Source of the DNA: a virus
Lineage: Duplodnaviria > Caudoviricetes
Length of the DNA: 37,324 nt
Virus record (IMG/VR): IMGVR_UViG_3300037439_000415
Span: 1-37,324 of that record
Reading direction: 5' to 3' (one strand)
Position 1 is the first letter of the stretch, and each line of letters starts with the position of its first letter. The position numbers and the translations under genes were made by a program. The notes beneath the pieces are model-generated. The model had not been told where the DNA came from. It did no database searches and was given only the letters and a program-made list of their open reading frames with translations. Below, piece by piece: positions 9,008-17,498 of the stretch.

Positions 9008-10447
9008 GTGAGCTACTCGGCCGAGGTACTCGCCGACTCCCCTTCGGCCTACATGCGTCTCGGAGAGGCGTCCGGCACGGCGTGCGCCGACGCCATCGGC
9101 GGGGCGGCAGGGACCTATCTCGGCGGCTTCACCCTCGGCCAGGCCGGCGCGCTCGCCGGCGACGTGGACACTGCAGTCGGCTTCAACGGCTTCTCCAGCC
9201 GCGTGCAGTTCGCCGACCGGGCGGCGTTCGATCGCGGCGACGTGTTCACCCTCGAGGCCTGGATCAAGCTCGGGGCGATCAACCGCAACAACTGCATCGT
9301 CGACAAGGGCGCCAACGGCTACATCTTCCGGGTCCACTCCGACAACCGGCTGCTGCTGCGCCGCAACGGCGTAGGCGACGTCGTGAAGTCCACGATCACG
9401 TTGACGACAGGCGTCTGGTACCACGTCGTCGCGACCAAGAACGGCCCCACCGTCAAGCTCTACATCGACGACGTCGACCGGACCGGCACCGTCACGAACC
9501 AGACGATGACCGACACGGCCATCGCCTTCGGGATCGGGGCCGCGGACGCCGGGACCTCCGACTTCACCAACGGCACGATCGACGAGGTCGCCGTCTACCC
9601 GACCGCGCTCTCAGCCGCCAGGGTCCACGCCCACTACAACGCCGGCATCGCCACCGGCGAGGTGATCGACGCTGCCGCAGCGCTGGGCGGCGCCGCAGCG
9701 CTCACCGCCACGCCTCGGCGCGCCCGTAGGGCTGCCACCACCGTGTCCGGGGCAGCGAACCTTTCAGCCGTCCCGCGCAGGGACACCCAAAGCCAGGCAG
9801 ACCTCGCAGCGGTCTCGTCGCTCGTCGTCACCGGCGCCCGACACGCAGCTGGCGCGGTGGTGCTGCCGGCCTCCGGCGGCCTGACCGCCACGCCGCGGCG
9901 GACGCGTCCCGCCGCAACCGCGGTCTCCGGCATCTCTGACCTCGCCGCGGCCGGGAGGCGAACGCGGGCGGCGACCGCCTCGCTCGCCGGTAGCGCGACG
10001 ATCACCGCCGCGCCGGCTTCGACGATCGTCACCGCCGCCATCTCCCTCACTGCGGCAAGCGACCTCACCGCCACGCCACGCAGGGCTCGGCGCAGCACCT
10101 CAACCATCGGCGGCGCCGCGAGCCTCCAAGCCGTAGGCCGCCGGTCAACTGCCAGCGCAGCGTCCCTGACCGCCATGGGTGCGCTGACCGGTACCGGACG
10201 ACGGCGAACGTGCGCAACCGCGACCGCGTCGGCCACATCGACCCTCGCAGGGCAAGGCCGGCGACGGCGCCTCGGCGCAGTAGCGCTCGCAGGCGACTCA
10301 GGGATGACCGCGACCGCAGTCATCCCCTTCGGCGGCGGGACCATCGCCAACGGCAACCGCCGCCTCGGCGGCGTACGGACCGGCGCCTCGAAGGTCGGCG
10401 GGATCACCACCGGCCGCCGAGCCACAACACGAATCGAGGTGCGCTGA
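9008..10447 (+). CDS. LamG/ConA-like lectin domain plus ~11 x 20-aa repeats; putative fibre or receptor-binding protein
   Basis: FTLEAWIK, WYHVVAT...KLYID and GTIDEVAVYPTALS LamG motifs; Ala/Thr/Arg-rich repeats. Confidence 0.85.
   Translation: MSYSAEVLADSPSAYMRLGEASGTACADAIGGAAGTYLGGFTLGQAGALAGDVDTAVGFNGFSSRVQFADRAAFDRGDVFTLEAWIKLGAINRNNCIVDKGANGYIFRVHSDNRLLLRRNGVGDVVKSTITLTTGVWYHVVATKNGPTVKLYIDDVDRTGTVTNQTMTDTAIAFGIGAADAGTSDFTNGTIDEVAVYPTALSAARVHAHYNAGIATGEVIDAAAALGGAAALTATPRRARRAATTVSGAANLSAVPRRDTQSQADLAAVSSLVVTGARHAAGAVVLPASGGLTATPRRTRPAATAVSGISDLAAAGRRTRAATASLAGSATITAAPASTIVTAAISLTAASDLTATPRRARRSTSTIGGAASLQAVGRRSTASAASLTAMGALTGTGRRRTCATATASATSTLAGQGRRRRLGAVALAGDSGMTATAVIPFGGGTIANGNRRLGGVRTGASKVGGITTGRRATTRIEVR
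9671..10325 (+). repeat. degenerate 60-bp (20-aa) coding repeats, ~11 copies
   Basis: AAAALGGAAALTATPRRARR / AATTVSGAANLSAVPRRDTQ / GAVVLPASGGLTATPRRTRP / AAISLTAASDLTATPRRARR and others. Confidence 0.75.
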
Positions 10448-11139
10448 TGGACCGCTACGACATCGGCGACCTCGTCCGACTCACCGCCACCTTCACCGAC
10501 GACCAAGGCAACCCGACAGAGCCGACCAGCGTCGAGCTCACCACCCTTCCGCCGGACAACGAGGAGACGACGCACGAGGCGGTCGCCGACGGCGACGGCG
10601 CCTACCACGTCGACCTCGAGCCCGACCAGGCCGGCACGTGGGGCTACCGATGGAAAGCGACCGGCACTGGTCAGGGCGCCGAGCCCGGCCAGTTCCACGT
10701 ACGGCCAGCGTTCTACCCCGCCCACCGGCCCTCGGTAGCGCAGGTCGCCGCTCACCTCGAGCACCGCACCTACGACCAGGGCGGCGGATCCACCGGGACC
10801 TTCACCAGCCTCACCAACCCCACCGCCGACCAGGCAGAGGCAGCGATCGACACCGCGACCACCGTCGTCATCGGCCGACTGCCGGTCTCGACGATCCCCG
10901 CCGCGAGCGTGGACGCCACACGATCGCTGATCGCGCTACGCGCCGCGATGCAAATCGAGATCACCCACCCCGCCGCGGGAAAGGCGTCGACCTACGACCG
11001 GCTCAAGGACCTCTACGACGACGACCTCAAGGGCCTGATCTCGGCGGTCAAGGATGCCGGCGACGGACCGGTCGACGGCTCGTCAGGAAGCGGGATGCCG
11101 ACACACACCTTCCCGTGCGCGACACCGCTGGAGTGGTGA
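10447..11139 (+). CDS. head-tail adaptor with an N-terminal Ig-like domain
   Basis: ATG overlaps the previous TGA; N-terminal beta-rich YDIGDLVRLTATF...GAYHVDL...AGTWGYRW; C-terminal PSVAQVAAHL..RT...GTFT..TNPT adaptor-like part. Confidence 0.7.
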   Translation: MDRYDIGDLVRLTATFTDDQGNPTEPTSVELTTLPPDNEETTHEAVADGDGAYHVDLEPDQAGTWGYRWKATGTGQGAEPGQFHVRPAFYPAHRPSVAQVAAHLEHRTYDQGGGSTGTFTSLTNPTADQAEAAIDTATTVVIGRLPVSTIPAASVDATRSLIALRAAMQIEITHPAAGKASTYDRLKDLYDDDLKGLISAVKDAGDGPVDGSSGSGMPTHTFPCATPLEW

Positions 11140-11140
11140 C

Positions 11141-11614
11141 GTGGAGATCCTGGCCGAGCTGCTCGGCGAGAAGGTCGTCCATCGCCGCCTGGTCGACGTC
11201 GGCCGCCGCGCCACCAACATGGCGCCCGCGTTGCGCGAAGTCGCCCGCCTATGGATGGACCTCGAGCAGGACGTGTTCGCCAGCGAGGGAGCGTCCGGCG
11301 GCAAGCCGTGGGCGCCGCTCGCCGGCTCCACCCAGGAGACCAAGGCGCGGGCCGGCTACTCGTCGAAGATCCTTCAGGCCGAGGGCGGTCTCATGGCGTC
11401 GCTCACCCAGCCCGGGGCCGCCGATCAGATCCTCGAGGTCGACGACGACATGCTCGTCTTCGGCACCGGCCACCCTGCCGGCGCCTTCCACGGCAAGGGC
11501 ACGTCGCGGATGCCCGCTCGCCCGCCGATCCAGATCAGCCCGCAGGGCAGGAGACAGACCGTGAAGATCCTCCAGCGCTTCGTCGTCACGGGCGACGTCG
11601 GGCGGTCGCTATGA
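11141..11614 (+). CDS. virion morphogenesis / tail completion protein (Mu gpG, P2 gpS-like)
   Basis: F.SEG..GG.PWAPL...T...K...KILQ.EGGLMASL; FGT...FHGKGTSRMPARP. Confidence 0.85.
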   Translation: MEILAELLGEKVVHRRLVDVGRRATNMAPALREVARLWMDLEQDVFASEGASGGKPWAPLAGSTQETKARAGYSSKILQAEGGLMASLTQPGAADQILEVDDDMLVFGTGHPAGAFHGKGTSRMPARPPIQISPQGRRQTVKILQRFVVTGDVGRSL

Positions 11615-12273
11615 CCGTCCCGCCGCCCGGCCTGATCGTCGACACCACCGTCACCGGAGACGCGCTCGTCGCGACCCTCGACCGGTGGCTGCCGACCTAT
11701 CTCGCCCACCTCGGCCGTCTCGACCGCGAGCGACGCGGCGACCAAGGCCTCACCCCCGAGATCGTCAGGCCGCCACGGTCGTGGCACCGGGCGATCGTTC
11801 CCGTTGAGGACGACGGGGTCCTGTGGCCCGACCGTGCGCTGCCGGCGGTGTACGTCGTCTACGACGGACTGGCAGACGATCCGGTCCACGACGGCAACGG
11901 CAAGTACTCGTGCGAGTACCGGTTCGAGATAGCAGCCGTTGTCCAGGCAGCCGACCAGGACGGCGCGAACAGGCTGTCGCAGATCTACTACGCCGCGATC
12001 GTCGGGGCGATCATGCAGAGGCAGTCGCTCGGCGGACACGCCGGCGGCGTCACATGGCGGCCCGGTACCGCCGCACGTCGCCCGCTCGGCGCCGACGGCC
12101 GGCCGCTCGCCGTCTGCGGCGCGATCTTCGACGTCACCGTCCCCGACGTCATCGACGTCTTCGACGGCCTCGCCGAACCGATGCCCGGCACCCCGCCCGC
12201 GGCCGCCCCCGACCGCCATTCCTTCGAGTCCCATGACGTGACGATCGAGCCAAGGGAGGCCGACGAAACATGA
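11611..12273 (+). CDS. tail terminator-like protein
   Basis: Position before the sheath; WLPTYLA...LPAVYVV pattern. Confidence 0.6.
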   Translation: MTVPPPGLIVDTTVTGDALVATLDRWLPTYLAHLGRLDRERRGDQGLTPEIVRPPRSWHRAIVPVEDDGVLWPDRALPAVYVVYDGLADDPVHDGNGKYSCEYRFEIAAVVQAADQDGANRLSQIYYAAIVGAIMQRQSLGGHAGGVTWRPGTAARRPLGADGRPLAVCGAIFDVTVPDVIDVFDGLAEPMPGTPPAAAPDRHSFESHDVTIEPREADET

Positions 12274-12479
12274 ACACCCACACCTATGTCGGCCGGCTTC
12301 CGGAGACGACCGGCGCGGGCCGGCCGCTGAGCGTCGGCGACACGTTCAAGCCCGACCTCGCCCACCACCACGACCGGTGGCTGGTCGAGTCCGGCCGCGC
12401 GATCGAGACCGCGAAGCCGAAGCGCACCAAGCGGGCCGCGAAGCCCGCCGCAACCTCGAACACAGGAGACGACCGATGA
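12270..12479 (+). CDS. small hypothetical tail-module protein
   Basis: ATGA overlaps at both ends; GGGAGG RBS. Confidence 0.65.
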   Translation: MNTHTYVGRLPETTGAGRPLSVGDTFKPDLAHHHDRWLVESGRAIETAKPKRTKRAAKPAATSNTGDDR

Positions 12480-13942
12480 GCCCCGCCCCCGGAGTACAGG
12501 TCGCGTCGACGACCTCGAAGCCGACCCGGTCCGCGTCCGGCGACATCGGCCGTGCGTTCATGGTCGGCGTCACCCAGCGCGGCCCGCTCGCCGCGAAGGT
12601 AACCCGCAGCGACGCTGACCTCGCAGCACTCTTCGGCGCCCGCGACACGGGCGGCTACCTCCACGACAGCGCCGAGACGAAGTTCCGCATCGGTGGCGGC
12701 GAGGTCGTCGTGTCCCGCGTGACCGGCCCGAACCCGGTCGCCGCGACCGTCAACCTGTTCGACGCCGCCGGTTCGACAGCGCCCGGCGACGTCGCGCTCG
12801 TCCTGACCGCCCTCGAGGTCGGCGAGTGGGCCAACGGCCTCAGCGCCCAGGTGACCGTCGACGGCGGCAACTTCATCCTGATCGTCACCCACGACGACGA
12901 CGGCCTGATCGCCACCTCGCCGGCGCTGGCCGACCGAGCTGCGGCCGTCGCATGGGCGGACACCGTCGACGAGTTCACGATCGGCCTCGGCGCGTCCAAT
13001 GAGGACCCGCGGGCGCAGGGTCCGACCGCCTTCGCGGGCGGTGACGACGATCGGGCGAACATCACCCCCACCCAGTGGCAGGAGGCGTTCGATCGGTTCC
13101 TCCCCGACTTCGGGGCAGGGCAGGTACTCGCCCCCGGCATCACGACCGACGCGATCCTCGACGTCGTCCGTGCGCACGCTGCCGCACACGGCGACCGGTT
13201 CGCGTTCCTCGACCTGCCCGACACCCGCGACACCGAGACGCTGCTGCCGCTGCTCGCCGCGCTACGCGACAACGGCGACGCCCGCTACGGGGCGGTGTGG
13301 CTGAACTGGTCGATCATCCCCGGCCTGCTGCCCGGCACGACACGCACCGTGCCCCGCAGCGCCGTGCAGGCCGGCCTCGAGGCGCGCAACGCCGCCAATG
13401 GCCTCACCGCCGGCGAGCCCGCGGCGGGCGACCTCGGCGCGCACCCGTTCGTGATCGGCCTCACCCAGGACCCCTGGACCGAGGACGAGCTCGAGACGCT
13501 CAACGAGGCGGGCGGCAACGTCGCGCTCGTCAAGGGCGGCGCGGTCCGCACCTACGGGTACCGCACCCTCGTCGACCCCGACGGTCCCGACCAGGGCTGG
13601 ATCGACGTCGCGCACGCCCGCACGAACATGCAGATCGTGGCAGCGGCGGAGGAGATCGCCGAGCGTTACGTGTTCCGCCAGATCGACGGAAAGGGCCACG
13701 TGCTCGGCGAGTTCGCCGGCGAGCTGTCCGGCATGCTCGCCGACCTCCACACCGGGAAGGCGCTGTACGGCGAGACGCCCGACGAGGCCTACGTCGTCGA
13801 CGTCGGCCCCGGCGTGAACACGCCGGAGTCGCTCGCCGCCCGGATCGTCAAGGCGGCGATCGCGGTCCGGTTCTCCCCGACCGCCGAGTTCGTGCGGATC
13901 GAGATCGTCAAGACGCCCATCACCGAGAGCCTCGCCGCCTAG
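12476..13942 (+). CDS. tail sheath protein
   Basis: PGVQV; FMVGVTQRGP; GEWANGL; C-terminal A.VVDV...NTPESLAARIVKAAIAVRFSPTAEFVRIEI. Confidence 0.95.
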   Translation: MSPAPGVQVASTTSKPTRSASGDIGRAFMVGVTQRGPLAAKVTRSDADLAALFGARDTGGYLHDSAETKFRIGGGEVVVSRVTGPNPVAATVNLFDAAGSTAPGDVALVLTALEVGEWANGLSAQVTVDGGNFILIVTHDDDGLIATSPALADRAAAVAWADTVDEFTIGLGASNEDPRAQGPTAFAGGDDDRANITPTQWQEAFDRFLPDFGAGQVLAPGITTDAILDVVRAHAAAHGDRFAFLDLPDTRDTETLLPLLAALRDNGDARYGAVWLNWSIIPGLLPGTTRTVPRSAVQAGLEARNAANGLTAGEPAAGDLGAHPFVIGLTQDPWTEDELETLNEAGGNVALVKGGAVRTYGYRTLVDPDGPDQGWIDVAHARTNMQIVAAAEEIAERYVFRQIDGKGHVLGEFAGELSGMLADLHTGKALYGETPDEAYVVDVGPGVNTPESLAARIVKAAIAVRFSPTAEFVRIEIVKTPITESLAA

Positions 13943-13958
13943 CGGCTGAAAGGAACGC

Positions 13959-14363
13959 ATGAGTCTGGAGAAGAACGCCCGCGTCACCTGGACGCTCGAC
14001 GGGCGCAACATGGGGGTTGTCCTCACCAAGGACGGCGGAGGTGTCGACTCCGAGGAGAAGAAGCTACGGCCCGGCGGCGGCGAGGCCGAGGAGTCCCTCG
14101 GCGGCACCAGCACCCGCGAGAACATCACGCTCGAGGTGTTGCAGCGCAACACCTCGCTCGTCAACGTGCGGTTCGCGGAGAGCCGCGCCGGCAAGGGCGT
14201 CGTGCTCGTGGTCGAGCAGCCGCTCGACATCGACGGGTTCGCCGACGGACCCCCGCACCAGACCCGCGGGACGCTGAAGGCGATCAAGCCGTCCAAGCGC
14301 GACGCCAACGGCTCCGACGAGGCGAAGTACACCGTCGAGATCACCGCCCTGGTGGACGCATGA
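13959..14363 (+). CDS. tail tube protein
   Basis: 134 aa directly after the sheath; GGGVDSEEKKLRPGG...SLGG...ENITL. Confidence 0.8.
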   Translation: MSLEKNARVTWTLDGRNMGVVLTKDGGGVDSEEKKLRPGGGEAEESLGGTSTRENITLEVLQRNTSLVNVRFAESRAGKGVVLVVEQPLDIDGFADGPPHQTRGTLKAIKPSKRDANGSDEAKYTVEITALVDA

Positions 14364-14920
14364 ACGGCGCACCCGAGAACATCGGCGACCCGGACCAGCC
14401 CGGCCTCGTCACCGCGAGCGACCCGGCCGATCCCGGCAACGCCGCCACGGGCTCAACGGCGGCAGACCGTCTCCGCGCCCGGCACCAGCGGTTGCAGCAG
14501 GCGCACCACGAGGACATCGACGTGCCGGGCTATGACGGCGACCTCGTCGGCCGGTACAAGATCATCCCGCCGGACGAGCTGCGCAAGCGCGCCCGGCTGA
14601 TCGCGAAGGTGCCGCCCGAGCAGCGGTCAGAGATCGCCGCGATCGACCAGATCATCGCGGCGTGCGACAGCCTCTGGTCTCGAGGCGACGACGGCCAGTT
14701 GGAGTCGTTGCTGCCCGACGACGACACCCCCGTCCGCTACGACCAGCGGCTCGCCGGCATCCTCGGCATCGACTCCGACAAGCCCCGCCAGATCGTGCGG
14801 GAGGTGTTCACCGTCGACGGCGACCTGAACCTGCCCGCCCTCGAGCAGCACGCCAACGACATCGGCCTGTGGATAAAGGACGTGTCGCCGGAGGTCGACG
14901 CCGGCTTCGCGGGGGAATAG
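14360..14920 (+). CDS. tail assembly chaperone (gpG-like)
   Basis: Between tube and tape measure; ends in the slippery sequence GGGGGAA-TAG. Confidence 0.8.
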   Translation: MNGAPENIGDPDQPGLVTASDPADPGNAATGSTAADRLRARHQRLQQAHHEDIDVPGYDGDLVGRYKIIPPDELRKRARLIAKVPPEQRSEIAAIDQIIAACDSLWSRGDDGQLESLLPDDDTPVRYDQRLAGILGIDSDKPRQIVREVFTVDGDLNLPALEQHANDIGLWIKDVSPEVDAGFAGE

Positions 14921-15099
14921 AAGGCAGCGTCGAGATCGAGCAGGCCGCCCAGGCCTACTCCCTCGGCGCTGACGGCCTCGCGCTGCTCGAGGCCGACGAC
15001 GTAGACAGGGCGATCAAGACGGCGGCGCTCCACCGGGCGGACGAGATCGCAGAGACCAGGCTCGCCGTCGCGATACAGAGAGCGATCGGCGGCGACTAG
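14911..15099 (+). CDS. -1 frameshift extension of the tail chaperone (gpGT-like)
   Basis: G GGG GAA at 14911-14917; the -1 frame stays open to 15099 (GIEGSVEIEQAAQAYSLG...) with no own start or RBS. Confidence 0.75.
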   Translation, partial: GGIEGSVEIEQAAQAYSLGADGLALLEADDVDRAIKTAALHRADEIAETRLAVAIQRAIGGD

Positions 15100-15117
15100 C
15101 AGCGGGAGGTGGGCCGG

Positions 15118-16869
15118 ATGTCTGACGAGCCCCTCGCAGTCCACCTCAAGCTCCGCGGCCACCGCGAGTTCAAAGGCGACGCACGATCCGCAGCCAGGTC
15201 GGTCGACGACATCGGCAACGCGGGCGACAAGGCGGCACGCAACCTCGATAAGACGAGCCGGTCGTCGGGTCGGACCCGGAAGGGGCTGCTGCTGCTCAGT
15301 CGGGCTGCGGCGACTGGCGCGATCGCGCTCGGCGGCGGCCTCCTGTTCGCCGCCAAAGAGTCCGTCGCCGCGTTTGAGGAGTCGCGCCAGGTCGTCGGCC
15401 AGACCGGCGCCGTCCTGAAGTCCACCGGCGGAGCCGCGAACGTCACCGCCCGCGACATCGACCGGCTCACCAGTTCGCTGATGGCGAAGACCGCGATCGA
15501 CGACGAGCAGATCCGCATGGGCGCCAACATGCTGCTCACCTTCAAACAGGTCCGTGACGAGACCGGCAAGAGCAACAAGGTGTTCAGCCGAGCGACGGCG
15601 CTAGCCGTCGACATGGGCGCCGCGATGGGCCAGGACACCCGGAGTGCCGCCCTGATGCTCGGCAAGGCGCTCAACGACCCGACGAAGGGCCTGTCGAAGC
15701 TCGAGCGGTCCGGTGTCAGCTTCACCGCCTCGCAGAAGGACCAGATCGCCGCGCTCCAAGAGTCCGGCGATCTCCTCGGCGCCCAGAAGATCATGTTGGG
15801 CGAGGTCGCCTCCCAATTCGAAGGGTCGGCTAAGTCTCAGGCCACCCCGCTCAAGCGCCTCGGCATCGCCTACGGCGAGCTGTCGGAGTCCGCCGGCGCG
15901 CTGCTCGCGCCCGCGGTCGACGACGCCGCCCGCGCAGCGACGGGCTTCCTGACCGAGATGCAGAACGGCACGGGCGCCGGCGGCGAGTTCGTCGACACCC
16001 TCACCGGAATCTGGGAAGAGACCAAGCCCGTCGCGATCTGGATCGGCAAGGCCGGCAAGGAAGTCGGCGAGTTCGTCGGCGAGCATCCCGAGCTCGCGAA
16101 GTTCGCCGTCGCGATGATCGCCGTCACCGGGGCAGTGAAGCTGCTGAAGTTCGGCTCGGCGATCACCGGCGTCACCGGACTGCTCAAGGGTCTCGGCCGA
16201 CTGTCCCAGACCCGTGCCGGCACGGCCGCCGCCGACAACGTCATCGGCGGCCTTACGTCCGTGCCGGGCCGCGCGAAAGGCGTGCTCGGCAAGGCCCGAT
16301 CGGTGTTCACCAGCGTCCTCGGCGGCGCCGGGAACGCTGGCGGCCAGGCCGCCGCCGACGGGATCGTCACAACCACCGGCTCCCCCTCCAACCGTGGCCG
16401 CTACAGCAAGGTCGGGTCGAAGGTCGGCAAATGGGTCGGCCGCGGCGTCGGCCTCGGCATCATCGCCGGCCTCGTCCTGATGGGCCCCGACATCTACAAC
16501 AAGATGGAGGAGATCATCGACCCGGACTTCGGCGCCGCCGAGAGCCCGGAGGACTACGCCAACCGGACAGGCCACCGTCCCGGCGAGTACACGCCAGCCC
16601 AGCAGCGCCGCAACCAGCGGGGTAAGCCGCCGACGCGGAACCGCAAGCGAGCGAAGGGGTCCGCGAAGGCGGGCGCGTCGGCCAGCACGACAAAGATGCA
16701 GCCGTTGCGGCTGCCCAGCGGGGCGCCCGACATCGCGCCGCTCGAAGCCGCGACAGCTAACCTCGCCGCCGCCGCCGCCGGCCTCGAAGGCATGGCCGTC
16801 TACCTCGACGACGGGACGCTGATCGGCCGGCTCGAACGCAAAGTCGAGAACCAGGCGGCCAGGCGCTGA
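15118..16869 (+). CDS. tape measure protein
   Basis: Ala/Gly-rich helical protein; LGKALNDPTKGLSKLERSGVSFT motif; GGGAGGT RBS. Confidence 0.92.
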   Translation: MSDEPLAVHLKLRGHREFKGDARSAARSVDDIGNAGDKAARNLDKTSRSSGRTRKGLLLLSRAAATGAIALGGGLLFAAKESVAAFEESRQVVGQTGAVLKSTGGAANVTARDIDRLTSSLMAKTAIDDEQIRMGANMLLTFKQVRDETGKSNKVFSRATALAVDMGAAMGQDTRSAALMLGKALNDPTKGLSKLERSGVSFTASQKDQIAALQESGDLLGAQKIMLGEVASQFEGSAKSQATPLKRLGIAYGELSESAGALLAPAVDDAARAATGFLTEMQNGTGAGGEFVDTLTGIWEETKPVAIWIGKAGKEVGEFVGEHPELAKFAVAMIAVTGAVKLLKFGSAITGVTGLLKGLGRLSQTRAGTAAADNVIGGLTSVPGRAKGVLGKARSVFTSVLGGAGNAGGQAAADGIVTTTGSPSNRGRYSKVGSKVGKWVGRGVGLGIIAGLVLMGPDIYNKMEEIIDPDFGAAESPEDYANRTGHRPGEYTPAQQRRNQRGKPPTRNRKRAKGSAKAGASASTTKMQPLRLPSGAPDIAPLEAATANLAAAAAGLEGMAVYLDDGTLIGRLERKVENQAARR

Positions 16870-17498
16870 TGGCGGTCAAGAGCGGCCACGTCCGCTTCGC
16901 TTCCATCGACGGCGACCTGGCGGTCGAGGTGATGCTCGACGAGCAGCCGCCCACCATGGTCGGCGGCTACGGCGGACTCCAACGCGTCGAGCGCCGCTAC
17001 GACATCCCGATCATCGAATGGGTCGGCAACGACGCCTACGCCATGTCGATCGCCGTCGTGTTCGACGGCTACCGCGACCGGCGCCCGATCGATGCCGAGG
17101 TCAACGCCCTGGAGCAGATGGCCCGCGCGCCCGGCGCCCGCCGCGAGCCGCCGACCATCACCGCCAACGGACCGCTCCCACGATCCCGGCGAGTGAAGTG
17201 GCGGATTGAGAACCTCGAGTTCGGCGACAGCCTCTGGTCCGGCCGTTCACGCTTGCGCCAGCAAGTCACCGTCACGCTCGTCCAGCACGAGACCGACGAG
17301 CGGCTCGCAAGGCTCAAGCGGCCGAAGTCGAAGACCCGCAACTACCGGGTGCCGAAGGGTGGCCTGTCGCTTCAGCGGATCGCTCAGCGCCAGCTCGGCG
17401 ACGACAAGCGCTGGAAAGAGATCCGCGAGCTGAACCCGAAGAAGACCCGGACGCCGAAGAAGATCCCCGGCGGGACCGTGCTGAGGCTGCCGCGATGA
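16869..17498 (+). CDS. baseplate / tube initiator with a C-terminal LysM-like domain
   Basis: YRVPKGGLSLQRIAQRQLGDDKRWKEIRELNP...IPGGTVLRLP. Confidence 0.85.
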   Translation: MAVKSGHVRFASIDGDLAVEVMLDEQPPTMVGGYGGLQRVERRYDIPIIEWVGNDAYAMSIAVVFDGYRDRRPIDAEVNALEQMARAPGARREPPTITANGPLPRSRRVKWRIENLEFGDSLWSGRSRLRQQVTVTLVQHETDERLARLKRPKSKTRNYRVPKGGLSLQRIAQRQLGDDKRWKEIRELNPKKTRTPKKIPGGTVLRLPR

